From an uncultured Candidatus Saccharibacteria bacterium (lineage in GTDB: Bacteria > Patescibacteriota > Doudnabacteria > UBA920): 64,000 nt of DNA. Both the position numbers and the translations under genes were made by a program. Under the pieces are notes generated by a model that searched no databases, was not told the origin of the DNA, and saw only the letters and a program-made list of their open reading frames with translations. The DNA lies in contig CAZLNP010000005.1 of NCBI GenBank assembly GCA_964561085.1, forward strand, positions 3,151 to 67,150, in the 5' to 3' direction. Below are positions 26,015-35,877 of the stretch, in pieces (within the stretch, counting starts at the first letter, position 1; every line of letters starts with the position of its first letter).

Positions 26015-28228
26015 ATGGGCAGACCCAAAAAAATAAAAGATGAGCCTTCAATCCTCAAATCTATCCCAAAACCACATTTAGACCTAGCATCAGATACTAA
26101 GCGCGGAATTGCCGTGGTAGTTTTTGCTATTTTGGCAGGCGTGACTGGGCTTTCCGTAGTTGGTGCGGCTGGTGGTCTTGGCCAATTCATTTTTAAAATC
26201 TTCCAGCTAATTGCTGGTGTACTAGGCTACCTTATGCCAGTGCTATTTTTACTGGTCGCTTACCTTCTGTTCAAGAGTACTCCCGATGAAGAAAACAAAC
26301 ATCCCTATTTCCGAACTTACTTAGGAATATTTTTAGCTGTTGGTGCAATAGCTGGATTAATTCACTCTGTGTATATAACTCCCGAGATGGGAGCTGTGAC
26401 AATTGCTAACGCCGGAAAAGCGGGTGGCTGGTTGGGAGCACTTTTTGCCGGACCTATTATTGGCGCGTTTGGATTTTGGGCTGGTGGATTACTGATGGTC
26501 GGAATTTTAATAATTGGCGTAGGAGTCACTTTAAACATTTCTCCAACAATGTTCTTCAAGAAAAAATTGAAAGAAGAAGGTGCACCAGGAGCTTTGGATA
26601 AAGTCAAAATTAATTCTCTAGATTCATCTGACGAAACTGAAGACGAAGAAGATGCTGAACTTGATGAAGCCGATGAAGAGGATGAAACGCCACGACCAAA
26701 ACTAAATACATCTATTAATTTAACTCCGTCTGGTCCAAGCAAAGAAGACGAAGAGATCTCGAAGATGGAATCTATTATTATAGAGGATCGTCGCGATTGG
26801 AAACTTCCTCCGTTTGATTTACTAGATGACAACAAAACAGAAGTTGATTCTGGTGACATTGAAAGCAATGTTCAGATTATTCAAAAGACTTTAGCAGACT
26901 TTGGTATAGATGTAGAAATGGGAGAAGTGAATGTTGGTCCGACTGTAACTCAGTACACACTTCGTCCATCAACTGGTGTTAAGCTTTCACAAATTGCAGG
27001 TTTGCAAAACGATTTAGCTTTGGCACTTTCTGCGCAATCAATTCGTATGGAGCTTCCAATTCCCGGTAAAGCGTTAGTTGGTATTGAAGTGCCAAATAAA
27101 ACTACAGCCATGGTTCGCCTTCGTGAAGTTATGCAAACATCTGACTTCGTTAATCACAAGAGCAAGCTTGCTGTCTCTCTTGGTCGCGATGTAGCTGGCC
27201 GACCAATGGTAACTGATTTAGCTAAGATGCCACACATGCTAATTGCTGGCGCTACTGGCACAGGTAAATCTGTGGGAATCAATAGTTTGTTCGTCTCTCT
27301 ACTATATAGAAACACTCCGCAAGATATTAAGTTCATCGTTGTAGACCCGAAGCGCGTTGAATTAAGTATGTATAACGGTATCCCTCATCTTCTTACTCCC
27401 GCAATCACTGAACCAGATAAAGCTGTTAACGCGTTAAAGTGGGCTGTGGCGGAAATGGAACGACGTTATAAATTGCTTGCAGAAGCTGGAAATAGGAATA
27501 TTGCTGACTACAATGCAGCGACTGAATTAAAACTTCCTTACATTGTAATCATTGTTGATGAATTAGCTGACCTGATGGCAGTTGCTCAGAATGAAGTTGA
27601 AGCTGCTATTGTTCGCTTGGCGCAAATGGCTCGCGCTGTTGGAATTCACTTAGTACTTGCTACTCAGAGCCCTCGTGTAGATGTTATTACCGGTTTGATT
27701 AAGGCTAACATTACATCCCGTGTTGCTTTTGCAGTTGCATCTCAAGTTGACTCTCGAACTATCTTAGATATGAGTGGTGCAGAAAAACTTTTGGGAAATG
27801 GTGACATGTTGTTTACTTCTGCAGAGTTCAATAAGCCACGTCGTGTACAGGGCGCATACATTGGCGAACAAGAAGTGCGCAAGGTTGTAGACTTCTTTAA
27901 GAATCAAGCAGGTGCTGTAATCTACAATGAAGATGTAATTGAAAAACCAAAACGCGGTCTCGGCTTAAATGGTCAAGGTGGTGACGACGGAAATGACGAA
28001 GACGATATGTACGATGCAGCCAAAGAAGAAGTGACCCGTGCTGGAAAAGCTTCAGCTTCACTTTTGCAACGTCGCCTTCGTGTTGGTTACGCTCGCGCTG
28101 CTCGCTTATTAGACTTACTAGAAGAACGAAATGTTATTGGGCCAGGTGATGGCGCTAAGCCTCGTGAGGTTTATGCAATCTCTGATGAAGAACGCGCGGA
28201 GTATGGGAGTGAAGAAGAAGAAAGATAA
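26015..28228 (+). CDS. ftsK: DNA translocase FtsK/SpoIIIE
   Basis: N-terminal TM helices, acidic linker, motor domain with Walker A IAGATGTGKSV, and C-terminal gamma wHTH. Confidence 0.9.
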   Translation: MGRPKKIKDEPSILKSIPKPHLDLASDTKRGIAVVVFAILAGVTGLSVVGAAGGLGQFIFKIFQLIAGVLGYLMPVLFLLVAYLLFKSTPDEENKHPYFRTYLGIFLAVGAIAGLIHSVYITPEMGAVTIANAGKAGGWLGALFAGPIIGAFGFWAGGLLMVGILIIGVGVTLNISPTMFFKKKLKEEGAPGALDKVKINSLDSSDETEDEEDAELDEADEEDETPRPKLNTSINLTPSGPSKEDEEISKMESIIIEDRRDWKLPPFDLLDDNKTEVDSGDIESNVQIIQKTLADFGIDVEMGEVNVGPTVTQYTLRPSTGVKLSQIAGLQNDLALALSAQSIRMELPIPGKALVGIEVPNKTTAMVRLREVMQTSDFVNHKSKLAVSLGRDVAGRPMVTDLAKMPHMLIAGATGTGKSVGINSLFVSLLYRNTPQDIKFIVVDPKRVELSMYNGIPHLLTPAITEPDKAVNALKWAVAEMERRYKLLAEAGNRNIADYNAATELKLPYIVIIVDELADLMAVAQNEVEAAIVRLAQMARAVGIHLVLATQSPRVDVITGLIKANITSRVAFAVASQVDSRTILDMSGAEKLLGNGDMLFTSAEFNKPRRVQGAYIGEQEVRKVVDFFKNQAGAVIYNEDVIEKPKRGLGLNGQGGDDGNDEDDMYDAAKEEVTRAGKASASLLQRRLRVGYARAARLLDLLEERNVIGPGDGAKPREVYAISDEERAEYGSEEEER

Positions 28229-28332
28229 ACTCAAAAATAAAAAGCACCGAGAGGTGCTTTTTTGTTCTCCCAAATTATCCCTCTCGCCGTTGTGGAAACT
28301 GAAAGGTATTAGCCAAGCAGGCTGTAAGCTGA

Positions 28333-29409
28333 GTGCAGTCCAAATGGTCAAAAGCTGCCTGCGTGCAAATGACCTTTCAGTTTTTCCAGGCAATGATGTG
28401 TGGTATGATAAATGATATGCCAATTGAATTTGAAACAAAAAAACTACCGATGGAGACTCTGGGAGAGTACCTTTTAGAGGTACGCGGCCAATTTGGCTTC
28501 ACCTTAGAGGAAGTTTCCCAAAAGACTGGGATTTATGAGAAATTTATACATTATATAGAGACAGGGAAATATCACCTTTTGCCACCTGGAGTTTATGTAC
28601 TAGGATTTTTGAAGAAATTGGCCCAGGTATACAATATTTCTTGTGAAGATTTGCTAGACCAGTATAGAAAAGAACGAGGTATAGTAGAGCACCAAGCTTC
28701 AGAAAAATTAGCAGGCCAAAAGAGTTGGAAGGAATGGTTTAAGAAAATTACTATTACTCCTAAGTTATTAACAGTTTCTGGAAGCGCTTTGGTTGGGGCA
28801 ATAGCTTTCTTCTATATAGTATTCCAAGTGTTCGCTATCAATAAAACACCTAACCTCGTAATCACTGAGCCAAAGAATGATGCTGTCATCACAGGCACAT
28901 CAATTAATGTAGTAGGAAAGACTGAGCCAGGAATTACTGTGAGTATTAATGGGCAAAATGTATTCGTTGATCCAGACGGAAAATTCCATACTACTATAGG
29001 AGTAGCGCCAGGGCAAAAAGAACTAAAAATTGATGCGTCTAATAAGTTTGGGAAAAAGAATGAACAGATGTTGGCGCTACGAGTTGAAGAACCTAATGTT
29101 GCTGGAGCAGAAACTACGATTCCATCAGAATTACAATTAGAATTAAAATTTAGCAAAGCTACAAAAATAGAAGTAGAACAAGATGGTACAAAACTGCCAA
29201 GTGAGATAGTTCCCGCTGGCGGTGTTAAGCAAATCACCGCACAAGATAATGTAACTTTAACCACCTATGATGCTGGGAATACTAAAGTAATATTAAACGG
29301 TTCTGAGATTGGATCTTTAGGAAAGTCTGGCGAAAAAATTACTGTACCGTTTTCAAAAGATGCAGCGGACTTGATGACTACTAATGACAGTGAAGTCGAA
29401 AAACTTTAA
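28333..29409 (+). CDS. RodZ-like protein (XRE-type HTH + TM helix + extracellular beta-rich domain)
   Basis: HTH LGEYLLEVRGQFGFTLEEVSQKTGI. Single TM helix. Extracytoplasmic Ig-like repeats. The true start may be the ATG at 28417 (MPIEFETKK). Confidence 0.6.
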   Translation: MQSKWSKAACVQMTFQFFQAMMCGMINDMPIEFETKKLPMETLGEYLLEVRGQFGFTLEEVSQKTGIYEKFIHYIETGKYHLLPPGVYVLGFLKKLAQVYNISCEDLLDQYRKERGIVEHQASEKLAGQKSWKEWFKKITITPKLLTVSGSALVGAIAFFYIVFQVFAINKTPNLVITEPKNDAVITGTSINVVGKTEPGITVSINGQNVFVDPDGKFHTTIGVAPGQKELKIDASNKFGKKNEQMLALRVEEPNVAGAETTIPSELQLELKFSKATKIEVEQDGTKLPSEIVPAGGVKQITAQDNVTLTTYDAGNTKVILNGSEIGSLGKSGEKITVPFSKDAADLMTTNDSEVEKL

Positions 29410-29484
29410 GAATACTTTAGAATAGTTTTACTTTAACTTTATATACAGACTGATATCCTACAAAGGTAATTAAGAAAGAAACAT

Positions 29485-30573
29485 ATGGCAAAAGAAAAAA
29501 AAGCTCCGAAAACAATTGCAGCAGCTTCCACTACTAATAAAGGTAGAGCGGGGGCAATCGATAACGCGATAGATCAGATTCGCGACAAGTTTGGTGATGG
29601 CAGTATTATGAAAATCTCTGATCAACATAAAATGAATGTCGAAGCTACACCCACTGGTTCTATCAGCTTGGACATGGCGCTAGGAGTAGGCGGTATTCCC
29701 AAAGGGCGTATCATTGAAATTTATGGACCTGAGAGTTCTGGTAAGACTACTTTAACTTTGCACATGATTGCAGAAGCGCAAAAGCGTGGTGGCGTAGCTG
29801 CTTTCATCGATGCTGAACACGCCCTAGATCCTGATTACGCTAAACGTATCGGAGTTAATTTAGAAGATTTGCTTATTTCGCAGCCAGACAGTGGTGAGCA
29901 AGCGTTGGATATCACTGAAACTTTAGTTCGTAGCAATGCTTTAGATCTAATTGTAGTGGACTCTGTTGCTGCATTGACCCCACGTGCTGAAATCGAAGGA
30001 GAAATGGGCGCATCTCATATGGGTCTGCAAGCTCGTTTGATGTCACAGGCTTTGCGTAAATTAACAGCTATTATTTCAAAATCTAATACTACTGTTATTT
30101 TCATCAACCAGATTCGTATGAAGATTGGTGTGATGTTCGGTAACCCAGAAACAACTACTGGTGGAAATGCTTTGAAGTTCTACGCTTCGATTCGTATCGA
30201 AATTCGTCGTAGCGCTCAAATTAAGGATGGCGATAAGATTATTGGTAATCGTACAAAAGCTAAGGTGGTAAAGAATAAGGTAGCTCCACCGTTTAAGGTG
30301 GCTGAATTTGATATTATGTATAACGAAGGAATTTCTGCAGCTGGAGATATTCTAGATACTGGTTTGCTTATGGAAGTAATTTCTAAGTCAGGAAACTCGT
30401 ATTCTTACAAAGACGTAAAGCTTGGAGTAGGGCGTGAGACTGCCAAAACCTTCCTGAAAGAAAATAAAGAGATATTTACTCAAATAGATAAAGATCTTCG
30501 TGAGAAACTAGATTCCGGTGGTGGCTTGCCAACCAAAGAGCTTCCTGGAGAAGAGGCAGAAGACGAGGAGTAG
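29485..30573 (+). CDS. recA: recombinase RecA
   Basis: Walker [10 protein letters not shown]. The L1/L2 loop region matches RecA throughout. Confidence 0.95.
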   Translation: MAKEKKAPKTIAAASTTNKGRAGAIDNAIDQIRDKFGDGSIMKISDQHKMNVEATPTGSISLDMALGVGGIPKGRIIEIYGPESSGKTTLTLHMIAEAQKRGGVAAFIDAEHALDPDYAKRIGVNLEDLLISQPDSGEQALDITETLVRSNALDLIVVDSVAALTPRAEIEGEMGASHMGLQARLMSQALRKLTAIISKSNTTVIFINQIRMKIGVMFGNPETTTGGNALKFYASIRIEIRRSAQIKDGDKIIGNRTKAKVVKNKVAPPFKVAEFDIMYNEGISAAGDILDTGLLMEVISKSGNSYSYKDVKLGVGRETAKTFLKENKEIFTQIDKDLREKLDSGGGLPTKELPGEEAEDEE

Positions 30574-30594
30574 TTAATAGCAGTTATATAGTGA

Positions 30595-30620
30595 AAGCAC
30601 CTGACCTCGGGTGCTTTTTG
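30595..30620 (+). terminator. Rho-independent terminator after recA
   Basis: aaagcaccTGACCTCGggtgctttttg. Confidence 0.65.
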
Positions 30621-30635
30621 CTTTATACTATATAT

Positions 30636-32882
30636 ATGTCAAAAGAACACATAGATTTATCAGATCAGCTTTATTGTAGTGTAGACTTGGAGTTCACTGG
30701 GTTTGACCCGGCTCGCGACCAAATCTTAGAGATTGGATTCGCGTTCTTTCGTATGACCGAAAAGGGCGCAGAAATTACAGAGCAATGGTCCCAAGTGTTT
30801 AAATCATCAATAGAAGTACACCCAAAGATTTTAGGCTTAACTGGTATCACTCAAGAAGAGCTCGATGCAGCCCCCGATTTTAATGATCACAGAGAATTTT
30901 TGCAGGAGAAACTTGGTAATGCAATAATCGTTGGGCATAACCCTGTGATGGATGTAAAATTTTTGGAAGCTTATGGTTTGAAGCTATCTGGAAAGATAAT
31001 AGATACACTAGAGTTAGTGCAATTCATTTTACCCACACATCATAGTTATAACTTAGAGAACCTGGTCCACTACTTTGGCGTTAAGCATCACAATGCTCAT
31101 CGAGCTTTAGGCGATGCTATTTCTACGATTACAGTCTTGGAAAATTTATTACGAACATATAACCAGTTTTCTAAGAAGCTAAAACAAGAGTTAACATCTG
31201 TAGTATCCCGTGGAGACTTTCTATGGCAAAAGTTATTTGAACAAGAGTTAGAACAAAAAGAAGTTGAACAAAACGATTCGCTAAAGCATGCAACTACTTC
31301 GGACTCTTTGCAACAACTGAAACTTAGTGAAGACTTAATTTCAATTGATGAGTCTCCAGATAATCATGAAGTGCGTGTTGCTCTTGGCTTAAAGTCTGAT
31401 GCAGTACCTTCAGTGTTAGCTGTAGAAACATCGGCAACTGTAATGAAGCTATGGAAAGATGGTTTAGTCCATGGTGTGTTTCGTACAGAAGACACATTCT
31501 CAAAACCAGCTTTTGAAAAATTTCTAAAGGGTGCAACAACTAGTGAAGAATTAAGATTCTGTTTGAAAATAATTGTTTGGCTCCACACTAACTGGCAAAC
31601 AGAAGTTGTTTTCGATTTGAACATATCTTTCTTTGGCGGACAATTTAGAACTTTCATTACAGGCGGACTTCCAAAGGTTGGTAACGAACCAGTCTTATGT
31701 GTAGACTACGCTACATTGCAGACTTTAACTTCGACAAAGATTTTTAAAAACTTTAAAGACCGCCAATTAGTTGTAGTCGATATTCAAAATTTTGAAAAGT
31801 TTATGAGCACTGGATTTGGCACACGCTTAAGTTGGAGCTCTGTCCTTTACTCTTTGAAGATGATTTACAATCCTGAAACAGATTTTGGAAACCAGGATGC
31901 CAAAGAGAAAGTAATGTCTGCGCTCGTAAGTACAGACCTATTCTTTGGTTTGGTCTACATGCTAATGCATCAGACTTTTCCTAGTAAACCCTACGCGACC
32001 TTAGAAGAGTTGGAAAGCAATCATAGCCATATCTTTGGTCGACTCCAAAGGGCGGCAGAAAGTCTAAAAGAGAAGCTACAACAAGTTCATGTTATTTCAG
32101 AGGCTGTGGATCTGAGTAGAACTATTAATTTTCTTGAAAGCTTTTTCTCGCTTACAGAAGGTCGAGTTAAGTGGGTAACTATTGATGAGCGCAACCTTTC
32201 ATTTAATGATCTGCCCATTGATATCTCTGACAGCGTCCAAGGTATTCTTAGTGGGTTCAGTAATGTTAGGTTTACTGAAACAATATCTCAGCTGAACTTA
32301 CTTTCTTACCTGGTCGACCGTCTCGGTTTGCATACTGAGACATCCGAGTTTGCTAAGTTATCTAGCAGTATGGTTCCAAGTAATCTAAACTTTGCTTCTT
32401 TCGACGTAGCTCTAAGTGAGTCGCAATTGTTTGAAGAAACTACAGTATCTCCTCTCCCACTAATCATTATTTTCCCTGATCCAGTATCTATAAAAAACTT
32501 TTACAATGCGCACTACTCTAAGATTAAAGAGAAAGCTGCATTATTTGCTCAAGGATACTCTGGAGGCGGTAACAAAATGTTTAGAAACTTTAGTATTAAA
32601 GAAAATAGCATTCTATTAGTCACTGCAGACTTTATGGCAAAGCAGAATTATAAAATTTCTGCGAGAACAGTAGTGTTTACGAGCGCACCAGGAGTTGAAA
32701 AGGATCATCCATACACTTCCGCTATCCTTAAACACTGGCAAAGCAAGCATGAAGATTTAATTTCTGCGTTCCAGTTGTCTAAAATTATTTTTGCAATAAA
32801 AAAATTGCAATTAAGTCACTCTGTCAGTGTTAAAATGTATAATTTTTCCAAAAATAATATTTTTGTGGATAAGAGTCGTTGA
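30636..32882 (+). CDS. DEDDh 3'-5' exonuclease-domain protein (DnaQ-like N-terminus) with large uncharacterised C-terminal region
   Basis: Exo motifs DLEFTG (ExoI), VGHNPVMDVKFL (ExoII), HNAHRALGDAIST (ExoIII, DEDDh). About 560 aa of downstream sequence has no Walker motifs. Confidence 0.65.
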   Translation: MSKEHIDLSDQLYCSVDLEFTGFDPARDQILEIGFAFFRMTEKGAEITEQWSQVFKSSIEVHPKILGLTGITQEELDAAPDFNDHREFLQEKLGNAIIVGHNPVMDVKFLEAYGLKLSGKIIDTLELVQFILPTHHSYNLENLVHYFGVKHHNAHRALGDAISTITVLENLLRTYNQFSKKLKQELTSVVSRGDFLWQKLFEQELEQKEVEQNDSLKHATTSDSLQQLKLSEDLISIDESPDNHEVRVALGLKSDAVPSVLAVETSATVMKLWKDGLVHGVFRTEDTFSKPAFEKFLKGATTSEELRFCLKIIVWLHTNWQTEVVFDLNISFFGGQFRTFITGGLPKVGNEPVLCVDYATLQTLTSTKIFKNFKDRQLVVVDIQNFEKFMSTGFGTRLSWSSVLYSLKMIYNPETDFGNQDAKEKVMSALVSTDLFFGLVYMLMHQTFPSKPYATLEELESNHSHIFGRLQRAAESLKEKLQQVHVISEAVDLSRTINFLESFFSLTEGRVKWVTIDERNLSFNDLPIDISDSVQGILSGFSNVRFTETISQLNLLSYLVDRLGLHTETSEFAKLSSSMVPSNLNFASFDVALSESQLFEETTVSPLPLIIIFPDPVSIKNFYNAHYSKIKEKAALFAQGYSGGGNKMFRNFSIKENSILLVTADFMAKQNYKISARTVVFTSAPGVEKDHPYTSAILKHWQSKHEDLISAFQLSKIIFAIKKLQLSHSVSVKMYNFSKNNIFVDKSR

Positions 32883-33532
32883 CAAAATGAAAAATTTGTG
32901 ATAACATATGTATGTAAGTTAATTAGCTCTTTGAAAACGAAATACTAACATCGCTTCAAACAAGTAAAACTTGTTTGCGGCAAACCGAAGTTAGCCAAAA
33001 TAGTTAACTGAGGTGCAAACTGAACCGAGGGGATCTGCGCTTGAGCTTCTAGAGAACTCAATTGAGCGTAGCTTTCCTTCTTACTTCTCGTCATAGCCAA
33101 TTCTAATCTTGGCTGACTGAAAAACAAAAATAAAAATGTAGGTTCTTAGCTTCCTTAAAAAGCTACAAAAATTTTTCTAAAACAAAAATCAAAAAACAAA
33201 AAGAACAAAAAAGTTTAGGTCTTCGGACCACAAGAGGAGTTAGGAGTGCAGTTTGCAATTGATTAGAATGTAGACAATTTCTTTCAACATCGTGGTTGAA
33301 GGATCGCTTAAGATGATGAAATGTTATCTAGTGTCTAAGGTCTAGGATCTCATAGGATGAGGTCCTGCAGCTTAGACGCTGAATAGCTCAAGTCTTGAGT
33401 TAGCGTCACAACTGGCCTGTTCATTTATATAATAAGGGGCCCTAGTTGGGGCGCTTTTTGATTTCTAGACATTTTCATACAAGAGAACTATTATAATAGT
33501 AGAGACAAGAAATATTTTTAAACAAACATATT

Positions 33533-33838
33533 ATGTTATCACAAGAATTTATAGAAGAAATGCGAGCTAAACTTTTAGCAGAAAAAGAATTACTTACTAA
33601 AGACTCAAATGGCTTAGCAGAGCATACTGAACTTGGAAGAGAGTTAGATGAGAATGCTCAAGAAGTTGAGCTGGATGATGTGAACGCTGACATGCGAAGT
33701 CGCATGAAGAGTGATTTAGAAAAGATTGAGAAAGCATTAGCTAAAATAGAAGCAAGTACATACGGTACTGACGATGAAGGCAACGAGATTTCTGAAGAGC
33801 GCTTGCGAGTTATCCCTTGGGCAGATCAAGCAATTTAA
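33533..33838 (+). CDS. DksA/TraR-like protein lacking the C4 zinc-finger cysteines
   Basis: Coiled-coil N-terminus and C-terminal YGTDDEGNEISEERLRVIPWA. DksA has CxxC...CxxC here; no Cys are present in this protein. Confidence 0.5.
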   Translation: MLSQEFIEEMRAKLLAEKELLTKDSNGLAEHTELGRELDENAQEVELDDVNADMRSRMKSDLEKIEKALAKIEASTYGTDDEGNEISEERLRVIPWADQAI

Positions 33839-33845
33839 TATTTAT

Positions 33846-34277
33846 ATGAACCGTCAAAAATTTTGGCTAAGCGCGGTTATCTTATTTATTGGAATCGATC
33901 AACTTACAAAGTTGGCAGCAAGCCATTTGGGTTGGTCGATTTTTTTAAACGATAAGTTCGCCTTTAGCCTACCAGTTCCAATATTTTTAATGTACGCAAT
34001 TTACGTTGTAGTACTTTTAGGAATGTCATTTTACGTTTACAAGACTTGGAACCGTTTTGAAAATATTCAAAAACTCGCTTGGGCGTTTGTATATGCTGGA
34101 GGTCTATCGAACATTGGTGAGAGAATTGTTCTTGGTCACGTCAGAGATTTTATTCCTATCTCATCTGGCATGCTAAACGTCGCTGATATTTTTATAATTG
34201 TAGGTTTAGTCTTGTTACTAGTTAGTAATCGCTATTCGAAAACAAATGAAGAAAGTGTAGCAGAGAAAACTTTATAA
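33846..34277 (+). CDS. lspA: lipoprotein signal peptidase II
   Basis: Four TM segments. Conserved NIGERIVLGHVRDFI and NVADIFIIVG (catalytic Asp region). Confidence 0.75.
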   Translation: MNRQKFWLSAVILFIGIDQLTKLAASHLGWSIFLNDKFAFSLPVPIFLMYAIYVVVLLGMSFYVYKTWNRFENIQKLAWAFVYAGGLSNIGERIVLGHVRDFIPISSGMLNVADIFIIVGLVLLLVSNRYSKTNEESVAEKTL

Positions 34278-34320
34278 AATCTTTACGCTAACTTTATCTT
34301 GCACTTGATATTCTGTATTT

Positions 34321-35865
34321 ATGTCAGTACAGAAAATCATGACCGCTACGGCAATAGGAATTAATGCATCACTAGTTTCTGTGGAAGCAGATGTTAGTAA
34401 TGGTTTGCCAGCAACAATTATAGTAGGACTTCCCGATACTGCGGTTTTGGAAAGTAGAGAACGAGTTCGTTCGGCAATAAAGCACTCTGGTTTTCAGTAT
34501 CCTCAAACTCGAGTGTCTTTGAACTTGGCCCCAGGTAGTTTGCCAAAAGTTGGCACTCACTTTGATTTACCTATTGCAGTAGCAATTATGTTGGCTAACG
34601 GTTTAAAGGTAAGTGCTGAATTCAAAAACTGCGACAGCGTCTTATTCGCAGGCGAGTTGTCTTTGGATGGCTCAATAAAATCGGTGCCAGGAATATTAGC
34701 AATGGTTCAGGCTTCTAGGGATGCTGGGTTCAAAATGGCGTTTGTCCCCAGGCCAAATGCTGCCATGGCAGGATTGGTCGAGGGCATAACTATATATCCG
34801 GCAGATACCTTAGAACAGCTCATTAGGCATATGATAGGCGAAGAAAGTATCGACTGTTCTTCTGTGGGATTGGGTGAGCTAGGCAACGCCTTAACAAAAG
34901 ATATCTATATAGACTTTTCAGATATTGCCGGCCAACACTACGCCAAGCGTGCCTTAGAAATAGCAGCTGCGGGTGGCCACAATATACTACTTACTGGTCC
35001 ACCAGGAAGTGGGAAGACAATGCTTGCAAAAGCATTGCCAGGAATTATGCCATCGCTAGATCAGAATGAAATTTTAGAGCTTACTAAAATATATAACAGC
35101 TCTGGATTGATGCATTCGGGAGTGATGAACCACCGTCCAGTGCGAAGCCCTCATCATACTGCTTCGTCAGCTTCGTTAATCGGAGGTGGCGCTGTACCAA
35201 GACCAGGTGAAGTAACGTTAGCGCATTACGGTGTTTTGTTTTTGGATGAATTTCCTGAATTCTCTAGAACAGTCTTGGAAGTTTTGAGACAGCCTTTGGA
35301 AGATAGTAAGATTACTATTACCCGCTCGCGTTATTCTTACACTTTTCCATCAAGGTTTATTTTAGTTGCTGCACAGAATCCTTGCCCATGTGGAAACTAT
35401 GAACAAGAAAATTTAGAATGTACTTGCCATCCTTCATCTGTGGGGCGTTATCGCAAGAAAATATCAGGTCCGCTTTTGGACAGAATTGATTTGCACATTA
35501 ATGTCCCTAGATTAGAGTACAAAGATTTAATGTCTAACCCTTCGGACGATCTTGAAAAAGAGACCAGCGGAAAAGTTCAAAGTCGAGTCGAAAGAGCTCG
35601 CCTTGTTCAAGCTGAGCGATTTAAAAAATCTAAAACAAATCATGAGATGGATCCTGATGAATTAAAAACGTTTTGTGAAATAGATAAAGAGAGTAATTCA
35701 TTGCTAGAATTGGCTGCGAACAAGTATCATCTATCGGGTCGAAGCATTCACAGGATTTTGAAAGTCGCACGCACTATTGCCGACTTAGCGGGTAGTAAGG
35801 ATATAGATCTCCAACATTTAACAGAAAGTCTGCAATATAGATTGCGAGAGGACCCAACTGCGTAG
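34321..35865 (+). CDS. comM: YifB/ComM-family Mg-chelatase-like AAA+ ATPase
   Basis: Lon-protease-like N-terminal domain. AAA+ Walker A LLTGPPGSGKTML and Walker B VLFLDEFPEF. C-terminal Mg_chelatase_C. Confidence 0.85.
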   Translation: MSVQKIMTATAIGINASLVSVEADVSNGLPATIIVGLPDTAVLESRERVRSAIKHSGFQYPQTRVSLNLAPGSLPKVGTHFDLPIAVAIMLANGLKVSAEFKNCDSVLFAGELSLDGSIKSVPGILAMVQASRDAGFKMAFVPRPNAAMAGLVEGITIYPADTLEQLIRHMIGEESIDCSSVGLGELGNALTKDIYIDFSDIAGQHYAKRALEIAAAGGHNILLTGPPGSGKTMLAKALPGIMPSLDQNEILELTKIYNSSGLMHSGVMNHRPVRSPHHTASSASLIGGGAVPRPGEVTLAHYGVLFLDEFPEFSRTVLEVLRQPLEDSKITITRSRYSYTFPSRFILVAAQNPCPCGNYEQENLECTCHPSSVGRYRKKISGPLLDRIDLHINVPRLEYKDLMSNPSDDLEKETSGKVQSRVERARLVQAERFKKSKTNHEMDPDELKTFCEIDKESNSLLELAANKYHLSGRSIHRILKVARTIADLAGSKDIDLQHLTESLQYRLREDPTA

Positions 35866-35877
35866 TATAATGCAGTC

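Noticed and set aside
32883-33532. Looked for tmRNA (5' GGGGnUG acceptor, tag reading frame ending ...ALAA, 3' T arm + CCA) in the long noncoding island on both strands.
   Set aside because: No UUCGAnUC T-arm/CCA terminus. The only small ORF there (32945..33127, minus) ends ...CLKRC rather than a degradation tag. RNase P P4 and CR-I/CR-V consensus strings (GGAAAGUCCGG, ACAGAA...GGCUUA) are also absent.
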